Made by a program: the position numbers and the translations under genes. A stretch of 64,000 nucleotides of DNA from the NCBI GenBank assembly GCA_963575745.1, contig CAUYUJ010000003.1, positions 1-64,000 on the forward strand, in the 5' to 3' direction. This DNA is from Prorocentrum cordatum (taxonomy: Eukaryota). Each line of letters begins with the position of its first letter. The stretch's first letter is position 1. Positions 49,382-64,000 of this stretch are shown piece by piece. The notes under the pieces are model-generated. The model was not told the DNA's origin. It saw only the letters and a list, made by a program, of their open reading frames with translations, and ran no database searches.

Positions 49382-49436
<55 letters not shown>
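48995..49436. repeat. (GAT)n-rich microsatellite
   Basis: Direct reading of the sequence. Confidence 0.9.
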
Positions 49437-49437
<1 letters not shown>

Positions 49438-49446
49438 CTCCCGGTC

Positions 49447-49820
49447 GCGCGCGAGAGCGCGGTCTCCGTGAGGGCGCGCGGCAGTCCTGCCGGCGCCGGG
49501 GGCCGACTCGCGCGCGAACCGAACGGCATCGCTCAGGCAGACTAGGTCAACGCCCCGTCGCCCGAGTGGGCGAAATAACATCGCCGCAGGCCAATCAAGA
49601 AGGGGGAGAGGGAGGGGGGCCGAGAAGCTGCAGAGACCGCAGGGGCGCTGCGAGGGGAGAAGAAGAGGGACATGCGATCGCGCGCGAGAGAGCGGTCTCC
49701 ACGCGGGCGCGCGGCACGCGCGCGCGGCAGCCCCGGCGGCGCCAGTGGCCGACGTGCGCGCGAGACGAACGGCACCGCTCAGGCGGACAAGGTCAACGCC
49801 TGGTCGCCCGGGAGGGCGAA
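49447..49820 (+). repeat. Two diverged ~130-bp direct repeats
   Basis: gcgcgcgagag..gcggtctcc..cgaacggca.cgctcaggc..aggtcaacgcc..gtcgcccg..gggcgaa at ~49447-49575 and ~49680-49820. Confidence 0.75.
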
Positions 49821-51708
49821 CTAGCCGATCCTGGGCCGGATTGGTGGACGGCAGCAATAAGAATGGACCGCCGAAAAGAAGTCGCGCCCGCGTGCGTAGC
49901 GACAGGGCGGACGCTTGCAGCGGCGAGGAAAGCTATCCGGGCGCGCGCTGCCTCGGGGAGGGCGCCGGGGGCGACGGGGGCGGCGGCGCCCGAGCCTCGC
50001 GATCAGGCGGGCGTCGACGCGTCGCCGGCAGACCGCTGGGCGCCGGGCGCGCCCGCGCGAACTGGGACTGCGCTCGCCATGGCGAAGGGCGCGGCCACGA
50101 GCCGCGCTCTCCCTCGGCCGATGCCAATCGAAGGGGCCGAAAGGGGGGGTCGCCTGCGCGGCGGGCGCAGGGGCTGCGGCGGCGACGGCCGCGGGCGCCG
50201 AGCCCGCCGAGCATGCTTGCGGGGCGCGCACTTCCACCGAGGCGGGCGCGCCTGCGCCGGGGGCGGCCAGCGTGGCCTCCTCCGCCGCGGGCGCGCTGGC
50301 AACCCTGTTGGCGGCGCTGCTCTTTCCCCGCGGGGCCGTGGCAGCGTCGCTGGAAAAGGCGCGCGCAAAGCGACGTGGGCGTGGCGACCTGGGGGCGCGG
50401 GGCGGGGCGCCGTCCGCGACCTCCGCGCGGTCGGCTGAGTCCCAGGGGCGAGGGCGCTCTCTCGGCGTCTGGGCGCTGGGTTGGTTGGCGCGGGCCCGCG
50501 CCGTTCGTCGCGGGGCGCGGCGACCCCGCGGCGAGGGTGGGCATGCCAGCTTGCGCCCGGGACCTTGGCGAGAGCCGCCATGGGATCAGAGGTCCGTGCG
50601 AAGCGCAGCCGATCCCCCGCGACGCCCGCGCGGCTGCTCGCCCCGCCAGCGGCGGCGCAACGCGCCTCGGTTGCCGACTGCACCAGGGCGCCGCCGATGC
50701 GCGCGAGCACTGCCGTCGGCCAACCCCCAGCCGAACGGGCAGCTGCAGGGGCTGGGCCGGACGTCGCCGGGGCCTTGGCGGCGAGCTGGGCCGCCAGTTC
50801 CCCCCTGCCGCATGCTGCGGCGGCCCGCGGCTCTTCGGACTGTCGAACCGAGAGCTGGCCCTTGGCGGGGGCGGAAGTGCTCGCCGCAGGCGCGTCTGGC
50901 GCGCGCAGGGCGAGGCGCCCTCGCGGGTGGCTGAGGTCGGCCTCGGCATCGAGGGCGCGGGTCGACGCCGACTCGTTGCGCGACTGGCAGACTGTCGCCG
51001 TCTCGCGGCCCCTGCCCCCGCAACCGGCGCGCGAACGAATGCTTTGGCCGGGCCCCCCGCGCCCTTCGCGGCCGAGGGCTCCCCTGTCTGAGCGCGTGCC
51101 ATCAGGCGGTTGCAGAGCGCGGCCGCGGCGTCGCGCGGCGATTTCCACCGCGCTGCAGCGGCGGCGCGCGCGCGCCGGGAGGCGACGAGCGGCGCCGATC
51201 GGGGTGGCGTCGCCGCGCAAGTCTGCGAGGCGCCACTGGGCGGGCGACTGGTCGGCGCCGTCGCGCAACCTCGGTAGCCCATGGGCTGATGGGCTGCGCC
51301 CGCGCGCGACGCGCGCGCGCAAACTGCTGCCCCGTGCGCGCGACGTCGACGGGCGCGCCGTCGATCGGCCGAGCCCTCGCGGGCGGCGGGGCCCGCGGCT
51401 CGGCGGGGCCCCCGGCGGCGGCGGCAGGGCCCGCGGCCGGCGGAGGAGCTGCGGCGCGAGCTCCTCCGCCCGCGGCGAGGGCGGGCGCGGGCTCCGCCGG
51501 CGCTGGGGCGGCGCTGGAAGGCGCGCCGCAGAGGCCCCGCGGACCGACAAGGGCGCGGCGAGGCCCGGTGCGCGAGCGCAGCGGGGCCTCATGGGAGGCG
51601 GGCTCCGCAGCGCTAGCCGCGGCGCTCGGGGCGCGGGAAAGGCGCCGGGGCCAGCGGAAGGCCCTGGCTCGCAGCCGCGAGCGGGCCTCGAGCCAGACAA
51701 GTGGGGCC

Positions 51709-52258
<550 letters not shown>

Positions 52259-55200
52259 AACAAACTATATAACACAACGAATCACCCGCCTGGGCCGCAA
52301 TGTCGAAACGGGTGTAGCCCCCGCCCTCGACGTCGTCAAGCAACGCGGGGGTGGCCCGCGAGGGGGGGGGCGCGCTGGCCTGCCGCGCGCGGGGCCGTCG
52401 GCGCGATGGTCGTCCGCAGGGGCGCGCAATCCCCCCGTGCGCAAGTCCCCGCCGATCTCGCGGGGTGCAGGCGCGGGAAGAACGCGCGAGAGGCCAGGAT
52501 AACTGCCGTGCCCGCGCGCAGTGGCACTGGCGGGCACCGCGGAGTCCAGGAGCACGGGGGCCCTGGGGTTAGGGTGGCGGATGCATCAGTATTTGCGCGG
52601 GCTCTTGTAAAACTGTGGTTCGAGGATATAGCTGTGGCGAGGCATGGAGGGCTTCCATGCGTAGGGCAGGAATACAATTCGGCGACCCACCGAGGCGCGA
52701 GGGGGGGGGCGAGGGGCAACCGCCCCGAATCGCGCGACAGTTCGACAAGCACTGGGCCAACTGCCCCTCCCCCCCTGGCGGCTCAGCGCTTGCCGCGCGC
52801 GGCGGTCGGGCAGGGCCGCGCGCCGGCCGCCGCGCTCCGAGCGCCGCGAGAACTCCTGCGACAGCGGTGCGCCGACGGGAGAACGGACGACCCCTCCGCG
52901 GCTGAGGGGCGCGTCCGCGCCGAACACTTCCAGGCTGGGAGTGCCCCGAAAGTCGGCGATGACAGTGATGGCGAGCAAAATGCAAGCAAGCGACTCATCC
53001 CGCGCCGCTATCGGGAACTCGCAGTCGAGCCCGCCCTCTGTGGACAGGCTCGACAGGAAAATGTAAACGCAAGTGAAAATCAACGGCAGCGGCTGTTGGA
53101 ACGGGAGAATCTGCGCCCGACGCCCGACCGAGGACGCCAGAACGGCGCGGGTCGAATACACGAGGTGCACCTGGATCAAGGTGAGTCCTCAGAGGGCGGC
53201 CGCCCGCATCAATGGGGGCGCAGACGACGTCGATCCCGCCCTCGATTTCGGCCCCCGCGACGACAGTGCGAGTCGCCAGACGCGCCCGCCTCCCTGGATG
53301 CTGGGCGAGTCCCGCGCGCCAGCATCCGCGGTCGCGAGCGGCGAACGCCTCGCGACCCCGACGGGAAGGGTCGTTGAGCGAGGCGTTGCGCCAGACCGGG
53401 CAAGTCTTTGGAATCCCCCATGGTCGTCGACGTCCAGCGCGTCGACAATGTGGCTGCGGGGGAACGGGGCAGGCCCCGCGACCGCCCGCTGCAAAGGCGT
53501 TCGGGTGCGGTGAAACGCCGGGCCCCGCAAGCTCGGGTCGCCGCGCCCGAAGAGCCTTGAATCGGTCGGCAGGTGGGCGCGCCCACGAGGCATTCCGATT
53601 AGCGCGGGCAGGTGGCGCCTTGAAGGCTTTGTAGAACTCGCGCAGGTCGTCGCGCGACGCAACCGACCGCCCACCTGGGGCGGGGCCTACGCGACAGAGC
53701 AGAGAGCCCTGCAAGGCGCTGTGCGTTGGGGAAAAGGTCTAACAGCGACTGTGCACCGCCGTCGGGTTGAGGATGAGCTGGTCGACCTTGCTGTCCTCGG
53801 AATCCCTGAATGCCCCGCGCGCCTCGCCCCGAGAGAGGCTCGGAGAGGGTGTCAGATGCAGGGCGCCGCGGGGGCCTCCCTTCCGAGGGCGCCCCCGCGG
53901 CTCGGCGCGGTCTACGCGGGCTCGCGCCCCCCGCAGGCCCGCGGGCCAGTGCGCCGACGCGGGGCGCGCGACCTCGGGGTCGCGCAAGGCTTCGCGGGCC
54001 CCGGCGACAGGCAGATGGAAGGGGGGGGGTGGGAGGGCGGCGAATGATCCCGCTGCACGCGCGACGCCCTGATCTTGAAGTCGAAGAACTCAGGCGGGGC
54101 GGGGCCCGGCCCTCCGCGTCGGCCAGCGAACCAGATGCCGTGAAGGCGCTGGTCGGGCAAGCGCGCGCGGGGGCGGGGGCGCCGGGGGGTGAAGAGGAAG
54201 ACTCTCCGCGGCTGCGGCGTGGGTCGCCGGGCCCTGGCGCGAGACGTCCGCGGGGTCGAACTCGGTAAAAGCCCGGCCCGAGTCGCGCTTGCCGCCGCGG
54301 GCAAGGCGACGCGAGCCGACGCGCCTGCTCGGTGCGATTGCGCATGCCCTTCTGGCAATGCGAGGCCGTCGCGCGCGGTCGAGCTCCTGTGGGGGCGAAG
54401 CCGGGTTTGCTGAGGGTGGGCCAGTTGAACGCAATAATGGCGAGGCGCAGCAAGGCGGACGTATCAGCGACAAGCGGCGCGACCGATGGCGCGGCAGGAG
54501 AGCGGCGGCTGGGCGTCGAACCCCGCGAGGAGGGGCGCGCCCGCCACTGGCGCGCCCTGCAGGGCCACGGTGGCCAGCAAGGTCAGAGGCAGGGGCCCCG
54601 GGTCGAAGCAGGGGGGGCCGTAGCGGCGCGGGAAGAACCTGTCAGGACGTCGGCGCGTCCGCCTTGCCCCCCGGCGCCCGAGCCAGGCTCGCTCGCGCGA
54701 TGGCGCGCCGCTCGAGGCCGCGCTGAAACGACATCTGATGCCGCGGGTTGCGCCTCGCAGCGCCGGCCGCCGACGGGCCCGCTGCGATCGCGCCCGAAGG
54801 GGCGAGTATGGCCCGAGCGAGATCGCTCGGAGACCCCAGCGCGGGGCGCGCCCCCGCCCGCCGCGGCGGCCGCCGTCGCTGCGCGGGGCTCCCTGGCGCA
54901 GATCGGTGGGGTGGATTGCGCGCCGCTTCCCTGCCGCGGCGGGGCCTGCCCGTCGGCCGCCTCGAAAGGGTCGAGACCCTCGCCGGCGTCGAAGCCTGGC
55001 GGTGGCGCTCGAACCGCGGCCCCCGCCCTCGTCGGAAGGGCGCCCGGGGCTCGCTCGGGCCGGGGGCAGGCGGCGCGGCCCGTGCCGGGGCTCGCGCTGG
55101 AGGCGCGGGGGCCCGCGCTGACATGCCCGACGGCTGGGGCCGATGCGGCGCCGCGCCCCCGGAGGCTCCGCGCGCCGCCTGAGCAGACGCAGCTAGAGGC

Positions 55201-55389
55201 GGCCCCTCCGCCGCGCGCGCGCGCGGCCTGGGGGGGGGGGGGGAACGGGTGGGGGGCGGGCCGGCGGCGAGGGTCGCTGCTGATGGCGCTGGGCTAGCCA
55301 CGGGCGCGGCAGCCATGTTGACGGCGGCGTCAGCCAGCGCCGAGGCGGGGGCGCGCGGGGGCGCGAGGGCGCCCCCGCGCGCTCCGAGG

Positions 55390-56720
55390 AGGCAGGTCGC
55401 GATAGCTCGATTGAGCCACGCCGCTCACGGGGCGCCCTGCGCTTGCAGCAGGTGCCCCCAGGGTGGCCTCCGCCATCGCCGAGGCTAGACCTGGCTGGGG
55501 CGCGCGAAGGTTCCCGCGGCGCCTGGGCGGCCGCGGCGACGCGCGATGGTCTGGGCGAGCCGCGCCGGTCGCAGGTGGCCGCCCTGCGCTTGCGGCAGAT
55601 GGGCTTCAGGGGTAGCCTCCGCCATCGTCGCGCCCTAGCTTGGCGGCGGCGCGGGCGGGCCCCCGCGCGCCCCGAACGACTGCGGCAGGTCGCGACGTTT
55701 CGAGCGAGCCACGCCTCGCATGATACACTGCACTTGCAGCAGGATCTCTAAAGGTAGCCTCCGCCATCGCCGAGAGTTTGCCCGGCGGGGGCGCGGGGTG
55801 GCCCCCGCGCGCCCGGCCGCGGCAGGTCGTGATGGCTTGAACGAAGCGCGCCGCTCGCAAGATACCTTTGGACTTGGGCCCCCTCGCTCCTCGTCGGTCA
55901 AAAGCCGGGCGCTGAGAACGCCGAATCATTGGTCAACTGCCGCGACGAGGTACGTTTCCAGAAGAAGGCCCTGGCGAATGTCATACACAGCGTCAGCGGG
56001 TAAGTCGCGTTGCGCCCCCGGGCGTCTGGGCGGTTCCGTGATGGGGGGCGGTGACTCAGAAGGAACCGGATCCGAATCCACATCCATCGCGAGACAATCT
56101 GGCCGTCTGATTGTCTAACCTCGCGACGCAGGACACTTTTTGACCTGAGACGGCGAGCGATGGGGGCTCCGCGTGGACAAAGTTTGGGTGGGCGGTGGAG
56201 GCGGGGCGGCGAGCAACAGGCGGACGGCGGCTGGCCCGACCCAGGGAGACGAGCGAGCAGCGGGCCCCACTGCCCCGCCCAGAGAGGCGTTCGCGGCAGA
56301 CTCTCCTGGGGCACTCTCCGCCATCGCCGAAGCTACGCTGGGCGGGGGGGCGGGGGTGTCCCCGCGTGCCCAGAAAGACTATGGCAGGTCGCGATGGCTT
56401 GAACGAGTCACGCCGCTCGCAAGAGACCCCGCGCTTGCAGCGAGGGTTCCAAATGTAGCCTCCGTCATCTCCGAAGCCAATGCAGGCGGTGGCGCGGGAA
56501 GCCACCCGCGCGCCTCGAGCGACCGCGGCAGGTCGCAATGGCACGAGCGAGCCGCGCCGCTCACAAGGGCCCCTGCGCGCGCAACAGAGGCCCCCCAGGT
56601 AGCACCAGCAATCGCCGGAACTGAACCTGGCAGGGGCGCGGGGGGACCCCCACCATACCCAGAGCGATCATAGCAGGTCGCGATGGCCTGGGCGAGCCAC
56701 CGACGCGACTGCAGCATGCA
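55390..56720 (+). repeat. Degenerate ~145-bp repeat in two clusters (~55390-55880 and ~56290-56720)
   Basis: Recurrent gcctccgccatcgccga..ggcaggtcgcgatggcttgaacgag..cgccgctcgcaag. Confidence 0.7.
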
Positions 56721-58619
56721 GCGCAACAATCACTGCATCGTAGCTGGGCGGTGGCGGAAGGGGCGCGGGGCGATCCTCCCGCAACCCGAGCGGCCGCAGC
56801 AATCGCGAGGGCTCGAGAAAGCAGCGCTGCTCGCAGGAACACCCCTCGGGGGCGGAGGGGGGAGCTCCGCAAGAGCAGAAACGACGCGGACCCTGGGGGC
56901 GCGGCCCACAGCAGATTACCGCTGGTGTGCAGAACAAGCCCCGCTGCAGCAGGGGCCGCGCGGGGGTCGAACAGCGGCAGCGCCCGCCCGCCGCTCCAGG
57001 TGGCGAGGCGAGCCGGATGTTCCACGCGCCTGACCGCGGTGGCGCGGCTCGACGCAACTGCGCGCGTAACGCGGCTCGCTGGCTGGGCGTGATCGCGCTC
57101 GGGCGCAGATGAAGCGGCCGGGAAGCGTTCGCGTGCCCCCGGGCCGCGCGCGCGAGGCCGCGGCGCGGGGCGATTCCGGGTCGCTCCCACCCCTCTTCCG
57201 TTCCCGTGGGCGGTGCGCGCAGATCCCTGCGCGGCCAGAACAGCCTCGCTGGAACAGCACTTCCCGACCGAGGGATCGGGCGGAACGGCCGCCTCCTGTG
57301 ACGGCGGCTCCAACCCTGGATGGGGACCAGAAATCAGCGCGTGAGGGCGGGGCGACCCTTGGACTGGTCCGCGGCGGGGTGCCAAGCTTGTCAGCCACGG
57401 CGGCAGTTGAGAGAGCGGTGCGAACTTCTCCCTGCGGTGCCGTAGCAGCATCGCTGGAGCAGCGCATGCCAACCAACTACACACTGCCAGGGCCCGCCAC
57501 GTCCGCCAGCTGAATGGGCGGAGGAGGCCCCGCGCGAAACAATTTGGTCGGAGGCCGCCGACCTGGCAGGGCAGTTGAGCCAGGGCGAAGCGGCGCTGGA
57601 AGAGGAGGGAGTGGAGGGGCAGCGGAAGTAAGAAGGTTCCACAAACTCCGACTCCTCCATCCCGAACACAGTTGTCTTCGCGCCCGTGCAGTGGCCTCTT
57701 TGCACTCTGCGCGCGCGGCAGCGTGTCGTCTCTGGAGCGGCTGGCGGCGGGCTGTCTCCGAGAGCTGGTGGCGGGCGGCGGACGCTGGGCGCGAGGCGTG
57801 CTCGGCGGGAGGTCGCGGGCGATGCGTCGCTGCAATAAAGTTGTCCCTTCGCACGGCATGCTTAATGCGACACATGGCTTTTGAGCTCTTCGTGCTCATC
57901 CTCCTTGTCTTCCTCGAATGAAAGCCTCCGCCGCCCTGGAGTGCAGGGCGGGGGGGTCCAGGAGAGGGAGGAGGGGATTTGAGCAGCAGCGGAAGAGAGG
58001 CAGGCACCATTGGTCATCAACCTACAACATGATACCCACAAATCACAGCCGCCCGAGCGAACGACTGTCCTCTGTTGGCAGGCCAAAGAAACGCTGAGGC
58101 GCGCGGCAACGCCCAGCAAAACGGGCAAGCCAACCTGCAAGTAAAGGGTGGCGGAGGCGACCCGCCACCCTCCGCTCCGCCGGGAGCGAAGGGCAGCAGG
58201 CGGAGCCCGACGAGCCGCGGCTCACATAGCCAGGCTCCCAGGTGACCGCCGCCGGGAGGCGGCAACGATCACCTGCAGCGGGGGACCGGAACCCCCGCTC
58301 AAATCGACCGCCTGCTGGAGGCGGCTGGTCGTGCCCTACGCAAGCTCAAGACGTCCAGGGCGCAGACGCGCGCCCCGTCCGAGAGGAACCCGCGCGGGCC
58401 GTGCTTGAAGAAGACGGGCGACCGTACAGAGGGGCCAGGAACACCTGCGCTGCGATCGCCGGATCTCGCCCCCCTGCCGCGCGCCGCGGCGGCCGCGAAC
58501 GGACGCGGGGCCGCGCGCCGGCACCCACTGGCCGAGAAGCTGCCGGGACCTCCGAGGCGCAGCGAAGGGGACCATGAGAGAGGCACGATCATGAAGCTGA
58601 TGCTGATGCTGATGGTGCT

Positions 58620-59245
58620 GCGGATGATGATGACAGGGAGGATGAGGAAGCCACGTACGAGGGAGGGAGATGCGGAGCAGGGGAGAGGACGGGACGAAGG
58701 GAAAGGAGGAAGAGGAGGAAAGCGAGTGGAGGACAAGGAAGAGAAGGCGGAGGGAAAAGGAGGGAAGGGCTGGAAGGGGGGACACGAAGGAAACGGGGAA
58801 GCACATCGTGCGGCTGGGGAGGAAAAAGGGGGAGGGGATAACGAGGACGAGGCCTCACAGTCCTCTCAGGCCGGCCTGCTCCGCGGTCCTCTTCAGGCCC
58901 ATCCAGCTTGTCTGCGCCCCAGGCGCGGAGCTGGCAGCGGGGGGGGGCTGTGGCCAACTGCCCTTGCCGTCCTTGCCCTTGCCCTTTAAGTGGGCGCCCT
59001 GGACCTCGGGAGGGGCACCAGCAAGAGGACGACGAGGGAGAGGCAGGATGGAAGGAGGATGGACGGGAGGAAGGATGAGGGATGAAGGGTGGACGAGGAA
59101 AAGGGGGTGATGAATGGAGGAGGGAGGATGGAGGACGGAGGATGGAACATGGAGGAGGAAGAGGAAAAGGAGGAGGAGGAGGAGGAGAGGAAGAGGAGGA
59201 AAAGGAGGAGGAGGAGGAGGAAAAGGAGGAGGAGGAGGAGATCGA
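58620..59245. repeat. Purine-rich GGA low-complexity region
   Basis: Direct reading of the sequence. Confidence 0.8.
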
Positions 59246-59859
59246 GGATCGAAATTGTTGGACGCCTTCGGCTCCTCTTTGGCAGCCGGAAGTCTCCAGG
59301 GACCTCTGGAGGCCTCTGCGTGACTTTGGGCACCCCTTCGGGGATGGACGAACTCCCTTCAGCAAACAGCCCTTCGGTGAAAACGGCCTGGGGCCACACA
59401 CATCGGGCGCAGGCCCGCACAGCTGGCGCCCGCAACGCCTTCTCGAGGACCAAGACAGGCCAGTTTGCGAATCGAGTTGGCCAAGTGGGGGTCGTATCGA
59501 CGTTCTCAGAACCAAATAAAAAACGAGTGTTCGCCACCGTGGGCACCAAACAGCATGTTTCTAGCAATCGACATGTTGTCCAACATACGTGTAGCCATTC
59601 ATGTGGTGCAAACTGCGTGGTGCAATCTACATTGTGCAATGTACGCGGTGCAATCTAATTTATGCAGCATTCGTGGAAACATATATGTGGTGCAACCCAC
59701 CTGGTACAATCCATCTGGTGCAATAGATGTAGTGCGATCTATGTTGTACATACAATGCTGTGCACTGTGTGTGCTTGGTGCAATGTGTATGTGGTGAAGT
59801 CTTTGTGGTGGGCAATCTATGTGGTACAATCGACGTGGTGCAACCAGTGTGGTGCTATC

Positions 59860-62800
59860 TGCGTGGTGCAGTCTTTGCGGTGCAATCCAATGCTCGCGGT
59901 GAGTTGTCAAACCCACTGCTCGCCGAATCATCCCACCCACCCACCCGCAACTTGGCTTACAAAACGCATGCGGCAGCGCTTGCGATGACTGTTTGTTTGG
60001 CATTGGCTGTGCATCTCTGCGGCCGCGCCAGCACGCGCATGCCCGCGCGCGCAGCGGCCAGCTAGTGCGGCGCGACCGACGCGGCCGTGGTGGCGCTGAC
60101 CGCTCGGCACTTCCCAACGGGCACTTCAATGCGAGTCGGTGACTTGGGCGGGCATGGTATCATGGCGACGCCGGCAACGGTAGTCATTATGATAAGAGTA
60201 GCAATGATGGTGACGATGGTGGCGATAACGACGGCGAGGCCAACGACGTCGCCGATGCTGATCACGCCCGCCGATGATGATGACGATGTCCTCGCGTCGG
60301 TGATGAAGGTTTTGGAAGTTCGACATGCGCGCGCGGCCGACGCGCGAGAGTGGCCCGCGTGGTACTATTTGACACGAATCGTGCCGCCCCCCACCCAGCA
60401 AGCGCGCAAGGGCGTTCGGATTTGTTCGAAGTGCCGCGCGAGAGGCCCGTTTGAAAAATTTGATGACAACGTTGTAGAACCAATGGGCTTTAAAAGAATT
60501 CGCAAAACCGCGCATTTGTGTTTGAAAACGGATGTTGCAACATCGTTTGAGTGTATATATTTTCGGGGTACTCGGCTTTGAAATGCGTAAGAAACCCAAA
60601 GCATTCTGGCATGCGCGCGCGACGACGCGCTCGCGGGCACTTCGTCCCATCTGTTGCAGGGGACGGTTGAAACTGATGATTATTAATAAACGAAAGTGCG
60701 CGCTAGTATTTTTCCGGGAAGGATGAGGGGGGGAACCGTTGCCGGCTTGGCTGGGGTTGTGCGATTTTTGTCTCGGATGGGCAATGGGGCAGAATCGTAT
60801 GCAAATTTCAATACGAAAAAGGAACGGTTAAAACCGAGGGGGGGGAGGGGGGTAAATCTTAATGGTGTTGTAGAGCGGAGAATCGACGAGGTACAATCTA
60901 TGATGTGCAATTAATCTTGACCGTCTTGAAGCTGTCCACTCCACTGCTCGCGCAAACATCCCACCCACCCACCCGCAACTTGGTTTGCAAAATCTCTTAA
61001 GACCGTGACGGTGGGTACCACATGGCACTTGGCAACAACAGCGACGCCGACGACGACAGCGACAACGACGATGACGACGCCGCCGACAACGACTACGACG
61101 ACACCGACGACGTCTCCAACGATTTCGACGACGCCGACAACGACGACGACGACGACACCGACGACGACGACGACACCGACGCCGACGACGACGACGATGA
61201 CAACGACGACGACGATGACGACGCCGACGACGACGATAACGACGACACCGACGACGACGACGACGTCAACGACGCCGACGACGACGACGACGACGACGAC
61301 GACGGCGGCGACGACGACGACGCCGACGTCGACGACGACGAAGACGACAACGACGCCGACGCCGACGACGACGAAGACGACACGACGTCGCCAACGAAGA
61401 CAACGAGGAAGGAGGGAGGACGACGACGGCGACAACGACGACAACAAGGGAGGAGGGAGGACGGCGACGACGCGAACGGCGAAGAAGGAGGAAGGACGGC
61501 GACGCCGACGACGCAACGACGAGGGAGGAGGGAAGACGACGACGACGACAACGACGACGACGACGACGACGGCGACGAAATAGGAGGGACGACGACGAGA
61601 CGCCGACGACGGACGACGACGACGACGAGGGAGGAGGAGGAAGGACGACCACGGCGACAACGACGACGGAAACGACCACGACGCCAAAGAGGACGACGAC
61701 GACGAACACGAGGAAAGACACAGGACGACGTAGGCGACGACGACGACGACAACGACGCGGGAGGAGGGAGGACGGCGACGACGACGACGACGACGCTGCA
61801 AGAGCGCGCGCGCACGCTTTTGTTGAACATCCGTGTTGCGAAACCTTGTGTTTTTGTAGGTTTTTTGGGCACACGATTTTGAAATCCTTCTGAAACCGAT
61901 GGGTTTTGAAGGTTTTCGGCGTACGCGCGCGACGACGCGCGCGTCTGCACTTCGTCCCGTTTTTTGCAGGGGATTCTCGCGACGGCACACGCGCAAGGGC
62001 GTTCGACTGATTTCGACATGAGCGCGCGCGAAGCCCGTTTGGTAGCATTTCGTGAAAATCTAGAAAAACCTATGGTTTTCGTTTTCTTAAGATTTCGCAA
62101 GAGCTCTCGCGGAAGTTTTTGTTAGCAACTCTGTGTTGCGAAACCCGATGTTTTTGTATGATTTTTGGAAACTCGATTGCGAAATCCTTTCAGCACCGAG
62201 GGTTTTTGAAGGATTTCGGCATGCGCGCGCGACGACGCGCGCGTGTGCACTTCGTCATATTTTTTGCAAGGGATTCGCGAACAAGTGTTATGTTAGAGCA
62301 ACAAATGTCACCGCATAGTGTTTTTTGCAAGGGAACCTCAAGGGGGGGGGAACCGGCCTAGCTGGGATGATATGATTTCATATTTAAGATGGACGAGTGT
62401 GCAGAATGTATGTATATATATATGTATGTATATATATATATATGAAATTATACTATCCCAGGGGGACGCGTTAAATCCGGGGGGGGGGGGGTAGAGTCTA
62501 TTCTTTTTTTAGAAAGGAGAATTAATCACTTGCCGAGCTTGAAATTGTCAACTCCACTGCTCGCGCAATCATCCCACCCACCCACCCGCAAATGGGACCG
62601 AGCACAGATATCGCTCCGGGGTCGTCTTGGAGCCCTCGGGGGCGTCTCAAGAGCGCCCCAAGAAGGCTGGAGAAGCAAGACGGCCGACGACGACGACGAC
62701 GACGACGACGACGGCGGCGACGACGACGACGCCGACGTCGACGACGACGACGAAGACGACGACGCCGACGCCGACGACGACGAAGACGACAACGACGTCG

Positions 62801-63204
62801 CCAACGAAGACGACGACGAGGGAGGAGGGAGGACGACGACGGCGACAACGACGACAACGACGACAACGACGACAACAAGGGAGGAGGGAGGACGGCGAGG
62901 ACGCGAACGGCGAAGAAGGAGGAAGGACGGCGACGCCGACGACGACAACGACGAGGGAGGAGGGGAGACGACGACGAGACGACGACGACAACGACGACGA
63001 CGACGACGGCGACGAAATAGGAGGGACGACGACGAGACGCCGACGACGGACGACGACGACGACGACGAGGGAGGAGGAGGAAGGACGACCAAGGCGACAA
63101 CGACGACGGAAACGACCACGACGCCAAAGAGGACGACGACGACGAACACGAGGAAAGACACAGGACGACGTAGGCGACGACGACGACGATGCGGGAAGAG
63201 GGAG

Positions 63205-63235
<31 letters not shown>

Positions 63236-64000
63236 CTGCAAGAGCGCGCGCGCACGCTTTTGTTGAACATCCGTGCTGCGAAACCTTGTGTTTTTGTATG
63301 TTTTTTGGACGCGCGGTTTTGAAATCCTTCCGAAACCGATGGGTTTTGAAGGATTTCGTCGTACGGGCGCGACGACGCGCGCGTCTGCACTTCGTCCCGT
63401 TTTTTTGCAAGGGATTCTCGCGACGGCACACGCGCAAAGGCGTTCGACAGATTTCGACATGCGCGCGCGCGACACCCGTTTAGTAGCATGTTGTGAAAAT
63501 CTTGAAAACAACCTATGTTTTTTCACCAAGAGCTCGCGCGTAAGCTTTTTTAGCAAATCAGTGTTACGAAACCCTGTGTTTTTGTATGTTTTTGGAAGGG
63601 AGTTTCGGACATCCTTCCGGCATCGAGAGTTTTTGAAGGATTTCGGCATGCGCGCGCGACGACGCGCGCGTGTGCAGTTCGTCCCGTTGTTTGCAAGGGA
63701 TTCGTGGCAAAGTGCTATGTTCGAACAACAAATGTGACCGCATAATGTTTTTTTTTTTTTCCGCAAGGGAACCTCAGGGGGGGGATGCCGGTTGGCATGG
63801 GACATTGTGATTTCATATTTAGGATGGACATGTGGTTATAATCATATGTGATTTACATGCCCGAAAGGGGCCCCGATAACGCGGGGGGGGGTAGAATATA
63901 TTTTCTTTTAGAACGGAGAATCGATTTTTACAGACGGGCTGACGCATTGCATGTTCTTGCAGGCATCCCACCCACCCACCCGCAACGTGGTTTGCAGAAC
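59860..64000 (+). repeat. Tandem array of ~1.0-1.6-kb composite units containing (GAC)n tracts
   Basis: The motif atcccacccacccacccgcaa recurs at ~59930, ~60957, ~62571 and ~63965. The three junctions are preceded by poly-G..tagaacggagaat-like ends. 61300-62520 and 62700-63920 are closely similar. Confidence 0.9.

Noticed and set aside
52565..52577. Telomere-like ttaggg
   Set aside because: Single unit, not an array.
60911..63805. Poly-Asp/Thr/Arg ORFs
   Set aside because: Translations of (GAC)n tracts within a tandem repeat.

Overview
Eukaryotic, GC-rich, repeat-dominated DNA. It is almost certainly from a dinoflagellate (inference from spliced-leader relics resembling DCCGTAGCCATTTTGGCTCAAG, micro-exons with GC donors and Prorocentrum-like repeat families). 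Most ORFs in the supplied track are artefacts of microsatellites or high GC. Supportable content: (1) a decayed ~17.2-kb copia-order LTR retrotransposon (14053-31283, minus strand, TG..CA LTRs). Besides gag, protease, integrase, RT and RNase H, its polyprotein region carries remnants of a Tpt1/KptA NAD+-dependent RNA 2'-phosphotransferase, a RING-H2 finger and a C5 cytosine-methyltransferase-like domain; this is the main candidate for an undescribed system. (2) One intact, intronless 374-aa two-repeat membrane-protein gene preceded by tandem spliced-leader relics (likely retrogene). (3) Two CRE-like restriction-endonuclease non-LTR fragments and a LINE, all abutting (TCC)n tracts, plus a truncated APE-type LINE. 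(4) A candidate minus-strand micro-exon gene. (5) Satellites, MITE/HINE-like elements and long microsatellites. All domain calls come from reading motifs across frameshifts by eye and need HMM confirmation.
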